43,867 nt of DNA, taken from contig JAWMAR010001196.1 in the NCBI GenBank assembly GCA_036785375.1, forward strand, positions 124,001 through 167,867, given 5' to 3'. Of this stretch, positions 21,021 through 33,712 are shown one piece after another. This DNA comes from Leucoraja ocellata. Its lineage: Eukaryota. Position numbers and translations under genes: made by a program. Position 1 is the stretch's first letter, and each line of letters opens with the position of its first letter. The notes beneath the pieces were generated by a model. That model did not search any database. It was not told the DNA's origin and saw only the letters and a list, made by a program, of their open reading frames with translations.

Positions 21021-22520
21021 GGTCAGAGGATCTGGGGTGACGGAGGAACTGAAGAAAATCCACATTAGCCAGGAAATGGTGTTGGATAGACTGATGGGAC
21101 TGAAGGATGATAAATCCCCAGGGCCTGATGGTCTGCATCCCAGGGTACTTAAGGAAGTGGCTCTATAAATCGTGGATGCATTGGTGATCATTTTCCAATG
21201 TTCTATAGACTCAGGATCAGTTCTTGTGGATTGGAGGGTAGCTAAAGTTATCCCACTTTTTAAGAAAGGCGGGAGAGAGAAAACGGGGAATAATAGACCA
21301 GATAGCCTGACATCGGTGGTGGGGAAGATGCTGGAGTCAATTATAGAAGATTGGATAGCAGAAACAGGCTCGGTCCGAGTCAGCATGTGGGGAAATCATG
21401 CTTGACTAATCTTCTGGACATTTTTGAAGATGTAACTAGGAAAATGGACAAGGGAGAGCCAGTGGATGTAGTGTACCTGGACTTTCAGAAAGCATTTGAT
21501 AAGGTCCAACATAGGAGATTAGTGGGCAAAATTAGGGCCCATGGTATTGGGGGTAGAGTGCTGACATGGATAGAGAAGTGCTTGGCAGACAGGAAACAAA
21601 GAGTAGGGATTAACGGGTCCCTTTCAGAATGGCAGGCAGTGACTAGTGGGGTACCGCAAGGCTCGGTGCTGGGACCGCAGCTATTTACAATATACATCAA
21701 TGATTTGGATGGAGGGATTCAAAGCAACGTTAGCAAATTTGCAGATGACACAAAGCTGGGTGGCAGTGTGAACTGTGAGGAGGATGCTATGAGAATGCAG
21801 TGTGGCTTGGACAGGTTAGGGGAGTGGGCAGATGCGTGGCAGATGAAGTTTAATGCGGAAAAATGTGAGGTTATCCACTTTGGTAGCAAAAACAGGAAGG
21901 CAGATTGCTATCTAAATGGCATCGTTGGGAAAAGGGGAAGTACAATGAGGAGTAAAGAGGTCCTTCTGCAGTTGCACAGAGCCCTAGTGAGACCACACCT
22001 GGAGTATTGTGTGCAGTTTTGGTCCCCTAACTTGAGGAGGGACTTTCTTGCTATTGAGGGCTTGCAGCGGAGGTTTACAAGGTTAATTCCCAGGATGGCG
22101 GGGCTGTCATATACTGAAATAATTGAGCAGCTGGGCTTGTACACTCTGGAGTTTAGAAGGATGAGAGGGTCTCTCATTGAAACATGTAAGATTGTTAAGG
22201 GTTTGGACAAGCTTGAGGCAGGAAACATGTTCCCGACGTTGGGGGAGTCCAGAACCAGGGCCCACAATTAGGGGTAAGCCATTTAGAACGGAGACGAGGA
22301 AACACTTTTTCTCACAGAGAGTTGTGAGTCTGGAATTCTCTGCCTCAGAGGGCGGTGGAGGCAGGTTTTCTAGATGCTTTCAAGAGAGAGCACGATAGGG
22401 CTCTTAAAAATAGAGGAGTCAGGGGATATGGGGAGAAGGCAGGAACAGGGTACTGATTGGGGATGATCAGCCATGATCACATTGAATGGCAGTGCTAGCT
22501 CGACGGACTGAATGGCCGAT
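21021..22520 (+). mobile_element. CR1 LINE RT fragment, degraded, with internal deletions
   Basis: KSPGPDGLHP, DWRVA.V.PLFKKG, SGVPQGSVLGP, FADD; deletion near 21945; 3'UTR. Confidence 0.9.
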
Positions 22521-22649
22521 TCCTGCACCTATTGTTTATTGTTTTTGTACAAGATTCCAGAACCCTGAATTGAAAGAATCTCGAATGAAATATGTTAGGA
22601 AATACCTAATGCCAATTAGGAAATACCAATTAAACTATAAATCTGGATA

Positions 22650-22800
22650 TCTTTGGAGTATGGGAGGACCCCAGAACATATGTGGAAAACACACTTGGTC
22701 ACAGGAAGAGTATTCAAACTCTGTACGGATAACACATGGTGTCAGTTTCAAACCCAGGTATCTGGTGCTGTGAGGCAGCAACTCTACCACTGTGCTGCCC
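22650..22800 (-). mobile_element. V-SINE-like remnant
   Basis: Minus strand GGGCAGCACAGTGGTAGAGTTGCTGCCTCACAGCACCAGATACCTGGGTTTGAAAC head. Confidence 0.7.
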
Positions 22801-22854
22801 AATCTTTCCACAAACACTGAAACCCAAGAGAGGGTTATAAAACAGCGGCCTTAC

Positions 22855-22883
22855 CTTAACGTCATCTCCATAAAGACTAGATC
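22855..22883 (-). other. 29-nt micro-exon-like segment, copy B
   Basis: tctcag|GATCTAGTCTTTATGGAGATGACGTTAAG|gtaagg; paralog of 25748-25776. Confidence 0.4.
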
Positions 22884-22885
22884 CT

Positions 22886-25620
22886 GAGACAATAGACAAT
22901 AGGTGCAGGAGTAGGCCATTCGGCCCTTCGAGCCAGCACCGCCATTCACTGTGATCATGGCTAATCATCCACAACGGCAAACTTTGACCGCCCGAATCGA
23001 GGGGTATAAATCGACCCGGAGCGGGGCCTTACATCACCTGGCGCGGCTTAAACAGCCGCAGGACGTACCATTACCCACCGGGGCCTCTAACATCAAGAGC
23101 CTCGACCAGCTCGATGCAGCAGTTTGACTGCTTGACTGTGGGCAAGAGATAAGACTTTTGCCTTCCATCACAGTGAGGAGGTATTTGGAGATTCACTGTG
23201 ATGGATGTTTGTGTGGAATTGTGTTAATTGTGTGTTTTGTTTTTTTTGTTGTTATGACTGCAGGAAAGTAATTTTGTTTGAACCTATGTTTCAATGACAA
23301 TAAACAACATTCTGATTCTCTGATGCTGATTCAGACTGATGTATTTGGGAGAAAGCTGGAAAGAGACGAGAGCAGGACAGAGCCTGGTGAGTGATTCTGG
23401 ATACAGTTGGGGGCTGATTAGCAGATTGTGGAGTACTGACAAAGGCTAGAGGTGAAGAGGAGGCGAGTGTCAAACAAGGGGAAGAGAGGTGTCATGCAAA
23501 GCCAGGGGGAAGGATCGGGGAAAGAGGGGAATGTGGGACAGGGATGAGTATACAGAGGAGGGGAAGGGGTAGGGAGACCGTTGAGTGAGGTGCACACCAG
23601 GGTGGGGAGTGCAGGGAAAGAGGGGGTTTGCCTTAATCAATACGCTCATTCCCATCTCTGGAACTCTCTGCCACAGAGGGTAGTTGAGGCCAGTTCATTG
23701 GCTATATTTAAGAGGGAGTTAGATGTGGCCCTTGTGGCTAAGGGGATCAGGGGGTATGGAGAGAAGGCAGGTACGGGATACTGAGTTGGATGATCAGCCA
23801 TGATCATATTGAATGGCGGTGCAGGCTCGAACGGCCGAATGGCCTACTCCTGCACCTAATTTCTATGTTTCTATGTTTATGTTTCTATCTCCAAATCTCA
23901 TTTCCTTTTATCCCCTCCCGTCCCCTTACACCTGAAAACCTCCTTCCATTCAAAACCGACGCTAGGGTCGGGTGATCGGGCGTAGGGAAGGGTAGTGGGA
24001 TATATCTCCACTTTTTTCACTTTTTCGTTGTTTCAGAGGTTTTTCTTTTTTATCTTTCGTGTCTTTTACAAAATTCTTTATTTTCTTTTTCCTTTCCTTT
24101 CTTTTCATTTTTCTTTTTTCCGATTTAGTTTTTAGTTCATAAAATGTTAAAATTGAAGCTTACGAACATTGTATAATTGTTATGTCGATGACTTTCTCCT
24201 TGTACAATTGCTTCTAATAAAATAAATATTAAAATAAAAAGCAGAGATTCCAGTCTTTGGAGATCCTTCGTGGAAATGAACACAATTTGGTCACACCTTC
24301 AGAAAAGAGCAGAGGGGAGAGGAAATGTATTCTGGCAACACTGACACAAACATACTAAACCAAATAGATTTAGACTTATTCCAAAAAAAACAGTATGGTG
24401 AATGGAATGCAGGATTACTTAATTTGTATTGACACTTAAAACAAGTGTCATGAACACTAAACTACTTTCACTGCAACAGGAACCAACTAGGATTACTTTA
24501 GGGGATATAAAGAAGTCTACAAAGAATGCTGGATGTACACAGTTGGTCAGGCACCATCTGCCGGACAGATGTTTCAGGTTGGGATCCTTCAGACTGAGAG
24601 AGTAGTGGAGAAATCTGGAAAGATGTGGGAGCAGGACAAAAGCTGGCAAGTGATGTGGATAGACACAAATGCTGGAGTAATTCAGTGAGACGGGCAGCAT
24701 CTTGGGAGAGAAGGAATGGGTGATGTTTCAGGTAGAGGCTGTCCTTCAGACAACAAATACAAGCAATTGGCACTTGGTGGAGCAATGACAAAGGCGAGAG
24801 GTGAAGAGGAGACAAAAGGTTTAGATGAGGAGAGAGAGATGTGAAGCTGGAGGGCGGGATATGGGTCGAAGGGTAAAGAGGCAAAGATGAATGTCAGGGA
24901 TGGGAGATGAGTGTGGAAAGTGGGGAAGGTCCAGGATGAATGGGTGATGCGGGGAAAGGGAGAGTCCTCAGTACATTCATCCCTTTTCCCCATCCTATCC
25001 CATTGCACTCATATTCCTTCTACCAGGTTTACAGTTCACACCTTGCTTTCTCCTTCTGAGATGTTCATAAATCATAGCGGCGACGACAGAGGGTTCATGG
25101 CCCCGACCACGGATGAACAAAGGAGGAGGACTGACTGAACCTTGTTGCCTTTCGCCACAGTGAAGAATGCTGTGCTGGATGTTTTGTGTTAAATTCTATT
25201 GTGTATTGTGTGTTCTTTTTAAGTGTATCGCTGCTGGCAAATTCATTTCACTGCACCTTTGGGTGCATGTAACGAATACAATTGACTTTGACTTTTACAC
25301 CTTTAGCCTTTGTTACTTACTGATTCAATTATTTTTTGTCACATGTACCATGTGAAACAATGAAATGCTTTGTTTTCCATACGACCTAGTAAAATCACGT
25401 GGCTGACCTCACCTGGGCAGTACACGATGTTTTGGTGTTCCACCCATCTGGCAATTTCCTCCCCCCCACCTGCATCCAGCCATCACTTGCTAGACTATTG
25501 CCCCACCTCACATTTCCAGCTTTCTCCCTTTACTCCATCAAGCTGAAGGCTTCTGACCTGATACTTCATTGGTCCATTCCTTCCAGATGTTGCCTGACCC
25601 ACTGATTTACTCCAGCAGAC
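22886..25620. mobile_element. Mosaic of short TE remnants (CR1 3' ends, Rex-type non-autonomous ends, Penelope-derived pieces, possible L1 3'UTR with polyA at 23889-24240)
   Basis: CR1 3'UTR at 22886-22972 (-) and 23655-23888 (+); microsatellite tails at ~23310 and ~25283; GCTGGAGTAA..CTTCAGAC motifs at 24520-24750. Confidence 0.6.
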
Positions 25621-25747
25621 TTTTTTCTCCCTCAAGATTCCAGCACCGTGAATTCTAGTATTTTAAACCAACAATAATCAGGAAAATACTTTCTCCTCCA
25701 AACATTTATTGGTCTGAAACCAGAGGTGGTTCTAAACAGGTCCTTAC

Positions 25748-25776
25748 CTGCATCCCATCTCCATACAGTTCAGGTC
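25748..25776 (-). other. 29-nt micro-exon-like segment, copy A
   Basis: ctttgtcaatctgtcag|GACCTGAACTGTATGGAGATGGGATGCAG|gtaagg. Confidence 0.45.
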
Positions 25777-25879
25777 CTGACAGATTGACAAAGTCAGACA
25801 ATTCAAATTAATACACCACTAATGATTCAAAATCTCCCACCATCTTCATCCCACCCTTAATCTCACAGCAATACTTTTA

Positions 25880-27916
25880 ACGACAAGGATTCGAAGGGCC
25901 TGAGCTCAGGGCAAGGTTGGGCAGGCAAAGAGGAGGCAGAAACTGGGCAAGAGAGAGGGTGTCCGTGCTAGGCTGAGAGATAATGCTAGCTGGCCGGCCA
26001 GCTCTCCCATCTATCCTACTCTCCAACGTCCGCTTCCTGGAAAACAAACTGGACAACATCCAACTACAGAGGAGTACACAGCGAGAGACTAGGGACTGCT
26101 GTGTCTGTGTTTTACTGAGACATGGCTCAACGATCGAGTCCCGGACGTGGCCATTCAGCTAGCCGGGCTAGTCTTGCACCGAGCCGACAGAGAACCATCA
26201 CAGGTACACAAAAATGCTGGAGAAACTCAGCGGGTGCAGCAGCATCTATGGAGCGAAGGAAATAGGCGAAGTTTCAGGCTGAAACCCTTCTTCAGACTGA
26301 TGGGGGGTGGGGGAGAGAAGGAAGGAAAAAGGGAGGAGGAGCCCGAGGGCGGGGGGATGGGAGGAGACAGCTCGAAGGTTAAGGAAGGGGAGGAGACTGC
26401 ATGGGCTAGCAAAACTGGGAGAATTCAACATTCATGCCATCTGGACGCAAGCAACCCAGGCGGAATATGAGGTGCTGTTCCTCCAATTTCCGGTGTTGCT
26501 CACTCTGGCAATGGAGGAGACCCAGGACAGAGAGGTCGGATTGAGAATGGGAGGGGGAGTTGAAGTGCTGAGCCACCGGGAGGTCAGGTAGGTTCTTGTG
26601 GACTTAGCGGAGGTGTTCGGCGAAATGATCGCCCAACCTACGCTTAGTCTCCCCGATGTAAATCAGCTGACACCTAGAGCAGCGGATGCAGTAGATGAGG
26701 TTGGAGGAGATACAGGTGAACCTTTGTCGCACCTGGAACAACTGCTTGGGTCCTTGAATGGAGTCGAGGGGGGGAGGTGAAGGGACAGGTGTTGCATTTC
26801 TTGCGGTTGCAACGGAAAGTGCCCGGGGAGGGGGTGGTGCGGGAGGGAAGGGAAGAATTGACAAGGGTGTTGCGCGGTAAGACTCGAGGTGGTGGCCTGT
26901 GTGTTTACATCAACACTGACTGGTGCAACAACTCTGTCTTAGTCTCCAAGTTCTGTTCATTGCTGGTGGAGAATGCGATTGTGAGATGTAGACCTTTTTA
27001 TTTGCCACGGGAGTTTACCACAGTGCTCATTGTTGCTGTTCACATCTCCCCCAGTGCTAATGCTAAGGAAACACTAGCTGTACTGTACTGTATGGAGCTT
27101 TATGCAATCTACAATACACACACCCAGAAGGACTGTTTATTACCGCAGGAGATTTCAACCGTGCAAATCTCAAAACTGTGCTTCCTAAATGTTACCAACA
27201 TGTGGACTTTGCAACGAGAGGGGAGAAGGTGCTAGATCTTGTTTACACCAATATGCCCAGCGCGTACAGGGTGGAGTCACGCCCCCATCTCGGATACTCA
27301 GACCACATCTCTGTCATGCTGATCCCAGCATACACACTGCTTGTCAGATGCTCCAGACCAGCTAAGAAACAGGTGAAGACCTGGCCAGCAGGAGCCATCT
27401 CTGCTCTCCAGGACTGCATTGACTGGCACATGTTTAGGGAGGCAGCAACCACCGGCGGCACCACTGGCTTGGAGGAGTACACGGCATCAGTGACTGGTTA
27501 CATCAGTAAGTACATTGATGACATTACTGTCACTGAGCTCATCACCACACGTCCCCAACAGTAAACCATGGATGACCGCAGAGGTACGTGCGCTGCTGAG
27601 AGCCCGAGACACGGCCTTCAGAGCAGGCGATAAGGAGGCCCTGAGAACAGCGAGGGCCAAACTGTCCCGGGCCATCAGGGAAGCAAAGCGAGCGCATGCA
27701 AGGAAAATCCACGGCCACTTCAGTGACAGCAGGGACACACTGAAGCCGTGGCAAGGCATCCAAGTCATCACCAACTTCAGGACATCAACACCAGCCTGTG
27801 ACAGCGATGTATCTCTGCCTGATGCGCTGAACATGTTCTACGCCCGGTTTGATGCACAGAACGACGTGATGGCGAGGAAGACCACAACCCCCCCCCCCCC
27901 CCTGCGACCAGGTGGC
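25880..27916 (+). mobile_element. Rex1/Babar LINE 5' part (AP endonuclease and linker), degraded
   Basis: [70 protein letters not shown]. Confidence 0.88.
26202..26872 (-). mobile_element. Penelope-like element fragment (GIY-YIG endonuclease) nested in Rex
   Basis: IQGPKQLFQVRQRFTCISSNLIYCIRCSRCQLIYIGETKRRLGDHFAEHLR; splits the Rex RADR..GKTRGGG motif. Confidence 0.85.
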
Positions 27917-27917
27917 T

Positions 27918-28331
27918 ATAGAAGCATAGAAGCATAGAGACATAGAGACATAGACACATAAACACACAGACACATAGACACATAGAGACATAGACACATA
28001 GACACATAGACACATAGAGACATAGAGACACATAGACACATAGACACATAGACACATAGAGACATAGAAACATAGACACATAGAGACATAGAGACATAGA
28101 CACATAGACACATAGACACATAGACACATAGACACATAGAGACATAGAGACATAGAAACATAGAAACATAGACACATAGACACATAGACACATAGAGACA
28201 TAGAAACATAGAGACATAGAAACATAGATACATAGAGACATAGACACATAGACACATAGACACATAGACACATAGACACATAGACACATAGAGACATAGA
28301 GACATAGAGACATAGAAACATAGAAACATAG
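27918..28331. repeat. Octamer satellite (ACATAGA[C/G/A]) block 1
   Basis: Direct inspection; source of the spurious MCLCVYVS ORFs. Confidence 0.97.
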
Positions 28332-29064
28332 ACCAGGCAGACCAGAGGAGGCAGTCATACCGCCATCCATATCAACGGGACTGAGGTGGAGCGCGTCTCC
28401 AGCTATAAATTCCTCGGAGTACATATCTCGGAGGATTTGTCCTGGTCCCTCAACACCTCCAAGCTGATCAAAAAAGGCACAGCAGCGCCTTTACTTCCTA
28501 AGGAGACTCAAGAAAGCCCACCTGTCCCCCCAGATCCTGACCAACTTTTACCGCTGTACCATAGAGAATATCCTGACCACCTGCTTCACGGTATGGTACA
28601 GCAGCTGCACTGCTGCGGACAGGAAGGCACTACAACGGGTGGTGAAAACCGCGCGGCACATCATCGGTGCCCCGCTCCCTGCCATGGATGCCCTCCACCG
28701 AAAACGGTGACGGTGTCTGAGACGGGCTGGGAAGATCATCAAAGACCCCTCACACCCCAACCATGGACTGTTTGCCCTCCTCCCATCAGGGAGGCGGTAC
28801 AGGAGCCTCAGGTCACGTACTAGTAGGATGAGGAACAGCTTCTACAACAACACAATCACATTGCTGAACTCGGAGTCCCGACGATAGATTTCTCTGGTCC
28901 CTCCGTCCCCATTGTTTAATTATTCTGTATCTTCCCTCTTTCTATTTTTTAATTTTTTGTTGTTTTCTTTATGTACAACTACTATGGACTGACGCAAAAC
29001 TGCATTTTGTTGTACTGATACTTGTATTTGTGCGATGACATTAAAGTTGAATTGAATTGAATTG
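28332..29064 (+). mobile_element. Rex1/Babar LINE 3' fragment with (TTGAA)n tail
   Basis: VERVSSYKFLGVHISEDLSW..AQQRLYFLRRL..F.LLPSGRRYRS; tail ttgaattgaattg. Confidence 0.9.
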
Positions 29065-29129
29065 TAGACACATAGACACATAGAAACATAGACACATAGA
29101 CACATAGAAACATAGAGACATAGACACAT
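29065..29129. repeat. Octamer satellite block 2
   Basis: Same unit and strand as blocks 1 and 3. Confidence 0.9.
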
Positions 29130-30362
29130 CAATCAATCAATCAATCAATCAATCAACCTTTATTGTCATCTTGCAAGCAACAAGTACAGTGCAAAATGAA
29201 AAGACGTTTCCCAGTGAATAGCGGAGCCTCGCACATGAAATTTAAAACACTTCTCACATAATAACACTAACAAAAAACAATCCAGTCCCTGATGGAACAG
29301 AATAAATAGTTAAAATCAGGTAAAAAACACAATGTTAAAAACAGTAAACCAATCATAAAAAAAAATGTCCGGGGCCGCTGATTTGAGTGGCCAGTGCCAG
29401 TTATTAAAGTGTCCGTGCCAGCCGCAGAGTCAAGTCAAGTGACTGTGAGTGCAGAGTGACTGTTTAGCAGCCTCACAGCCTGTGGTAGGAAGCTGTTTAG
29501 CAGCCTCGTAGTCCGGGCTTTGATGCTTCGATATCTCTTGCCTGATGGCAAGAGATCCAGGTGTGTGTGGAGGGGGTGCAGTTTGTCCTTGGCAATTCTC
29601 TGTGCTTTCTTCAGACAGCGGCTCTGGAACAGTTCTTGTACCGAGGGTAGGGAGACGCCAATAATCCTCTCTGCTCCCCTCACTACCCTCTGCAGAGCCT
29701 TCCTGTCCGAGCAGTTGCAGGTGCAGTACCACGTATTAATGCAGTACGTGAGTACAGACTCCACCGTGCCCCTGTAGAAAGTCCTGAGGATGTTGGTGGG
29801 GAGTGAGGCCTGTTTTAGTTTCCTCAGGAAGTGCAGTCGCTGATGGGCCCGTTTGACGGTCCCAGTGGTGTTCCTGGACCAGGTGAGGCTGTCCGTAATT
29901 TGCACACCGAGGAACTTTATGCTCTCCACTCTCTCCACTGCAGTGCCACTGATATTGAGCGGTGTATGCTCTGGCTGCGCCCTCCTGAAGTCGACAACCA
30001 TCTCCTTAGTTTTTTCGACATTCAATTCCAGGTTATTTTTGCCGCACCAGTCCACCAGTTGTTCTACTTCCTCCCTGTACCTTGTTTCGTCATCTCCACT
30101 GATGAGTCCCACCACTGTAGTGTCGTCCGCGAACTTTATGATTTTATTGTCCCTGAATCTGGCAGCACAGTCATGTGTGAGCAGTGTGAACAACAGCGGG
30201 CTGAGCACACAGCCTTGAGGGGAGCCGGTGCTCAGCGTGATCGAACCTGAAGTGTTCTTGCCAACACGGACTGACTGCGGTCTCTCTGTGAGAAAGTCCA
30301 AGATCCAGTGACACAGGGTGGTGTTGAGGCCCAGCAGGGTTAGTTTCTCCACAAGTCTCTGT
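29128..30362 (-). mobile_element. Rex1/Babar LINE 3' fragment (different family) with open RT frame and (TGAT)n tail
   Basis: [49 protein letters not shown]; tail at 29128-29156. Confidence 0.9.
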
Positions 30363-31238
30363 GAAACATAGAAACATAGAGACATAGAAACATAGACACA
30401 TAGAGATATAGAGACATAGAGACATAGAAACATAGAGACATAGACACATAGACACATAGAGACATAGACACATAGAGATATAGACACATAGACACATAGA
30501 GACATAGACACATAGAGATATAGACACATAGACACATAGAGATATAGACACATAGAGACATAGAAACATAGACACATAGACACATAGAGACATAGACACA
30601 TAGACACATAGAGACATAGAGACATAGACACATAGAGACATAGACACATAGAGACATAGAAACATAGAGACATAGACACATAGAGAAATAGAAACATAGA
30701 GACATAGAGATATAGACACATAGAGACATAGAAACATAGACACATAGAGATATAGACACATAGAGACCTAGAAACATAGACACATAGACACATAGAGACA
30801 TAGAGATATAGACACATAGACACAGAAACATAGACACATAGACACATAGAGACATAGACACATAGAGATCTAGAAACATAGACACATAGACACATAGAGA
30901 TATAGACACATAGACATAGAAACATAGACACATAGACCCATAGAGACATAGACACATAGAGACATAGAAACATAGACACATAGACACATAGAGATATAGA
31001 CACATAGAGACATAGAAACATAGACACATAGAGATATAGACACATAGAGACATAGACACATAGAGACATAGAGACATAGACACATAGACACATAGAAACA
31101 TAGAGACATAGAAACATAGACACATAGACACATAGACACATAGAGACATAGAGACATAGACACATAGAAACATAGACACATAGACACATAGACACATAGA
31201 GACATAGGGACATAGGGACATAGAAACATAGAACATAG
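30363..31238. repeat. Octamer satellite block 3 (~110 units), expanded from a CR1 3' tail (TTTCTATG)n
   Basis: Contiguous with the 3'UTR of the minus-strand CR1; the same tail is seen unexpanded at 36933-36956. Confidence 0.95.
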
Positions 31239-32845
31239 GAGCAGGAGGAGGCCATTCAGCCCTTCGAGCCAGCACCGCCATTCATTGTGATCATGGCTGA
31301 TCGTCCCCAATCAATAACCCGTGCCTGCCTTCTCCCCATATCCCTTGACTCCACTACCCCAGAGCTCTATCTAACTCTCTCTTAAATCCATCCAGTGACT
31401 TGGCCTCCACTGCCCTGTGTGGCAGGGAATTCCACAAATTCCACAACTCTCTGGGTGAAAAGGTTTTTTCTCACCTCAGTCTTAAATGACCTCCCCTTTA
31501 TTCTAAGACCGTGGCCCCTGGTTCTGGACACGCCCAACATTGGGAACATTTTTGCTGCATCTAGCTTGTCCAGTCCTTTTATAATTTTATATGTTTCTAT
31601 AAGAATCCCCCTCATCCTTCTAAACTCCAGTGAATACAAGCCTAGTCTTTTCAATCTTTCCTCATATGACAGTCCCGCCATCCCAGGGATCAATCTCGTG
31701 AACCTACGCTGCACTGCCTCAATCACAAGAATGTCCTTCCTCAAATTAGGAGACCAAAACTGTACACAATACTCCAGATGTGGCCTCACCAGAGCCCTAT
31801 ACAACTGCAGAAGAACCTCTTTACTCCTATACTGAAATCCTCTTGTATGAAGGCCAACATTCCATTAGCTTTCTTCACTGCCTGCTGTACCTGTAAGCGA
31901 ACTTTCAGTGGCCGGTGTACAAGGACGCCCAGGTCTCGCTGCACCTCCCCCTTACCTAACCTAACCCCATTGAGATAATAATCTGCCCCCTTGTTTTTGC
32001 CGCCAAAGTGGATAACCTCACATTTATCTATATTATAGTGCATCTGCCACGCATCTGCCCACTTACTCAACCTGTCCAGGTCACCCTGCAACCTCCTAAC
32101 ATCCACTTCACAGTTCACACTGCCACCCAGCTTCGTGTCATCCGCAAACTTGCTAGTGTTGCTCCTAATTCCCTCTTCCAAATCATTAATATATATATGG
32201 TAAACAGTTGCGGCCCCAACACCGATCCTTGCGGCACTCCACTCACCACTGCCTGCCATTCTGAAAAGGACCCGTTCACTTCTACTATTTGCTTCTGGTC
32301 TGCCAACCAATTTTCTATCCATGTCAACACCCTACCCCCAATACCATGTGGTCTAATTTTGGTCACCAGTCTCCCGTGCGGGACCTTATCAAAGGCTTAC
32401 TGAAAGTCTAGATACACTACATCCACTGGCACCCCTTCATCCATTTTACTTGTCACATCCTCAAAACATTCCAGAAGATTAGTCAAGCATGATTTCCCTT
32501 TCATAAATCCATGTTGACTTGGACTAATCCTTTTACTGTTATCCAATTGCCCCATTATCACCTCTTTAATAATTGACTCCAGCATCTTTCCCATCATCGA
32601 AGTCAGGCTAATGGCCTGTAATTCCCCGTTTTCTCTCTCGCTCCTTTCTTGAAAAGTGGGATAACATTAGCGCTGCGCTACCTCATAACGTTGCACTCTC
32701 TGAATAGCAAGAATGTGCTTCCTCAAATTAGGGGACCAAAACTGCACACAATACTGCAGGTGTGGTCTGACTAGGGCCCTGTACAACTGCAGAAGGACCT
32801 CTTTGTTCCTATACTCAAATCTTCTTGGTAGAAAGGCCATGCAAA
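31239..32845 (-). mobile_element. CR1 LINE RT fragment(s), degraded
   Basis: [46 protein letters not shown]; frameshifts; second short piece at 32680-32845. Confidence 0.9.
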
Positions 32846-32985
32846 CCTCTTCTCTTGAGCTTGGCAGTCTGAATCTAGTGCCATAACTATTCATAACTGT
32901 GTTCATACTGAATCAGATTTTGACGGTGTGAGACGCGTATTAGCTTTTGATGGTATGATACTGGAATTTGCTAGGATAAACTGAA

Positions 32986-33712
32986 TTCAGGAAGGTCAGA
33001 GGGGGCAGTCATACCCCCATCCATATAAACGGGACTGAGGTGGAGCTCGTCTCCAACTACAAATTCCTCGGGGTACACATCTCGGAGGATCTGTCCTGGT
33101 ACCTCAACACCTCCAAGCTGATCAAAAAGGCACAGCAGCGCCTTTACTTCCTGAGGAGGCTAAAGAAAGCTCACCTGTCCCCCCAGATCCTGACCAACTT
33201 TTACCGCTGTACCATCAAAAGCATCCTGACCACCTGCTTCACGGTATGGTACAGCAGTTGCACCGTAGCGGACAGGAAGGCACTACAACGGGTGGTGAAA
33301 ACCGCGCAGTACATCATCGGTGACCCGCTCCCTGCCATGGATGCCCTCCACCGAAAACGATGTCTGAGACGGGCCGGGAAGATCATCAAAGACCCCTCCC
33401 ACCCCAACCATGGACTGTTTGCCCTCCTCCCATCAGGGAGGCAGTACAGGAGCCTCAGGTCTCGTACCAGTACGATGAGGAACAGCTTCTACAATAATAC
33501 CATCACATTACTGAACTCGGAGTTCCGCCGATAGATTTCTCCAGTCTCTCCGTCCACACCGTTCGATTTCGATTATTGTTTGATTATTCTGTATTTTTAT
33601 TTTTATTTCTATATTGCACTATACTACGGACTGACGCTAAACTGCATCTCGTTGTACCCATACTCGTATTTGTGCAATGACATTAAAGTTGAATTGAATT
33701 GAATTGAATTGA
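32986..33712 (+). mobile_element. Rex1/Babar LINE 3' fragment with (TTGAA)n tail, same family as 28332-29064
   Basis: ORF 33040-33534 and tail. Confidence 0.9.

Noticed and set aside
23169-25190. CACAGTG heptamers (about 23169 and 25157) as recombination signal sequences
   Set aside because: Both lie in the same repeat family, lack a proper nonamer at 12/23 spacing and have no adjacent V/D/J coding segment
27777-31310. Long Cys/Met/Val-rich ORFs (MCLCVYVS repeats, up to 606 aa)
   Set aside because: Translation of a stop-free octamer satellite; the RT part of the 606-aa ORF is a truncated Rex fragment in frame by chance
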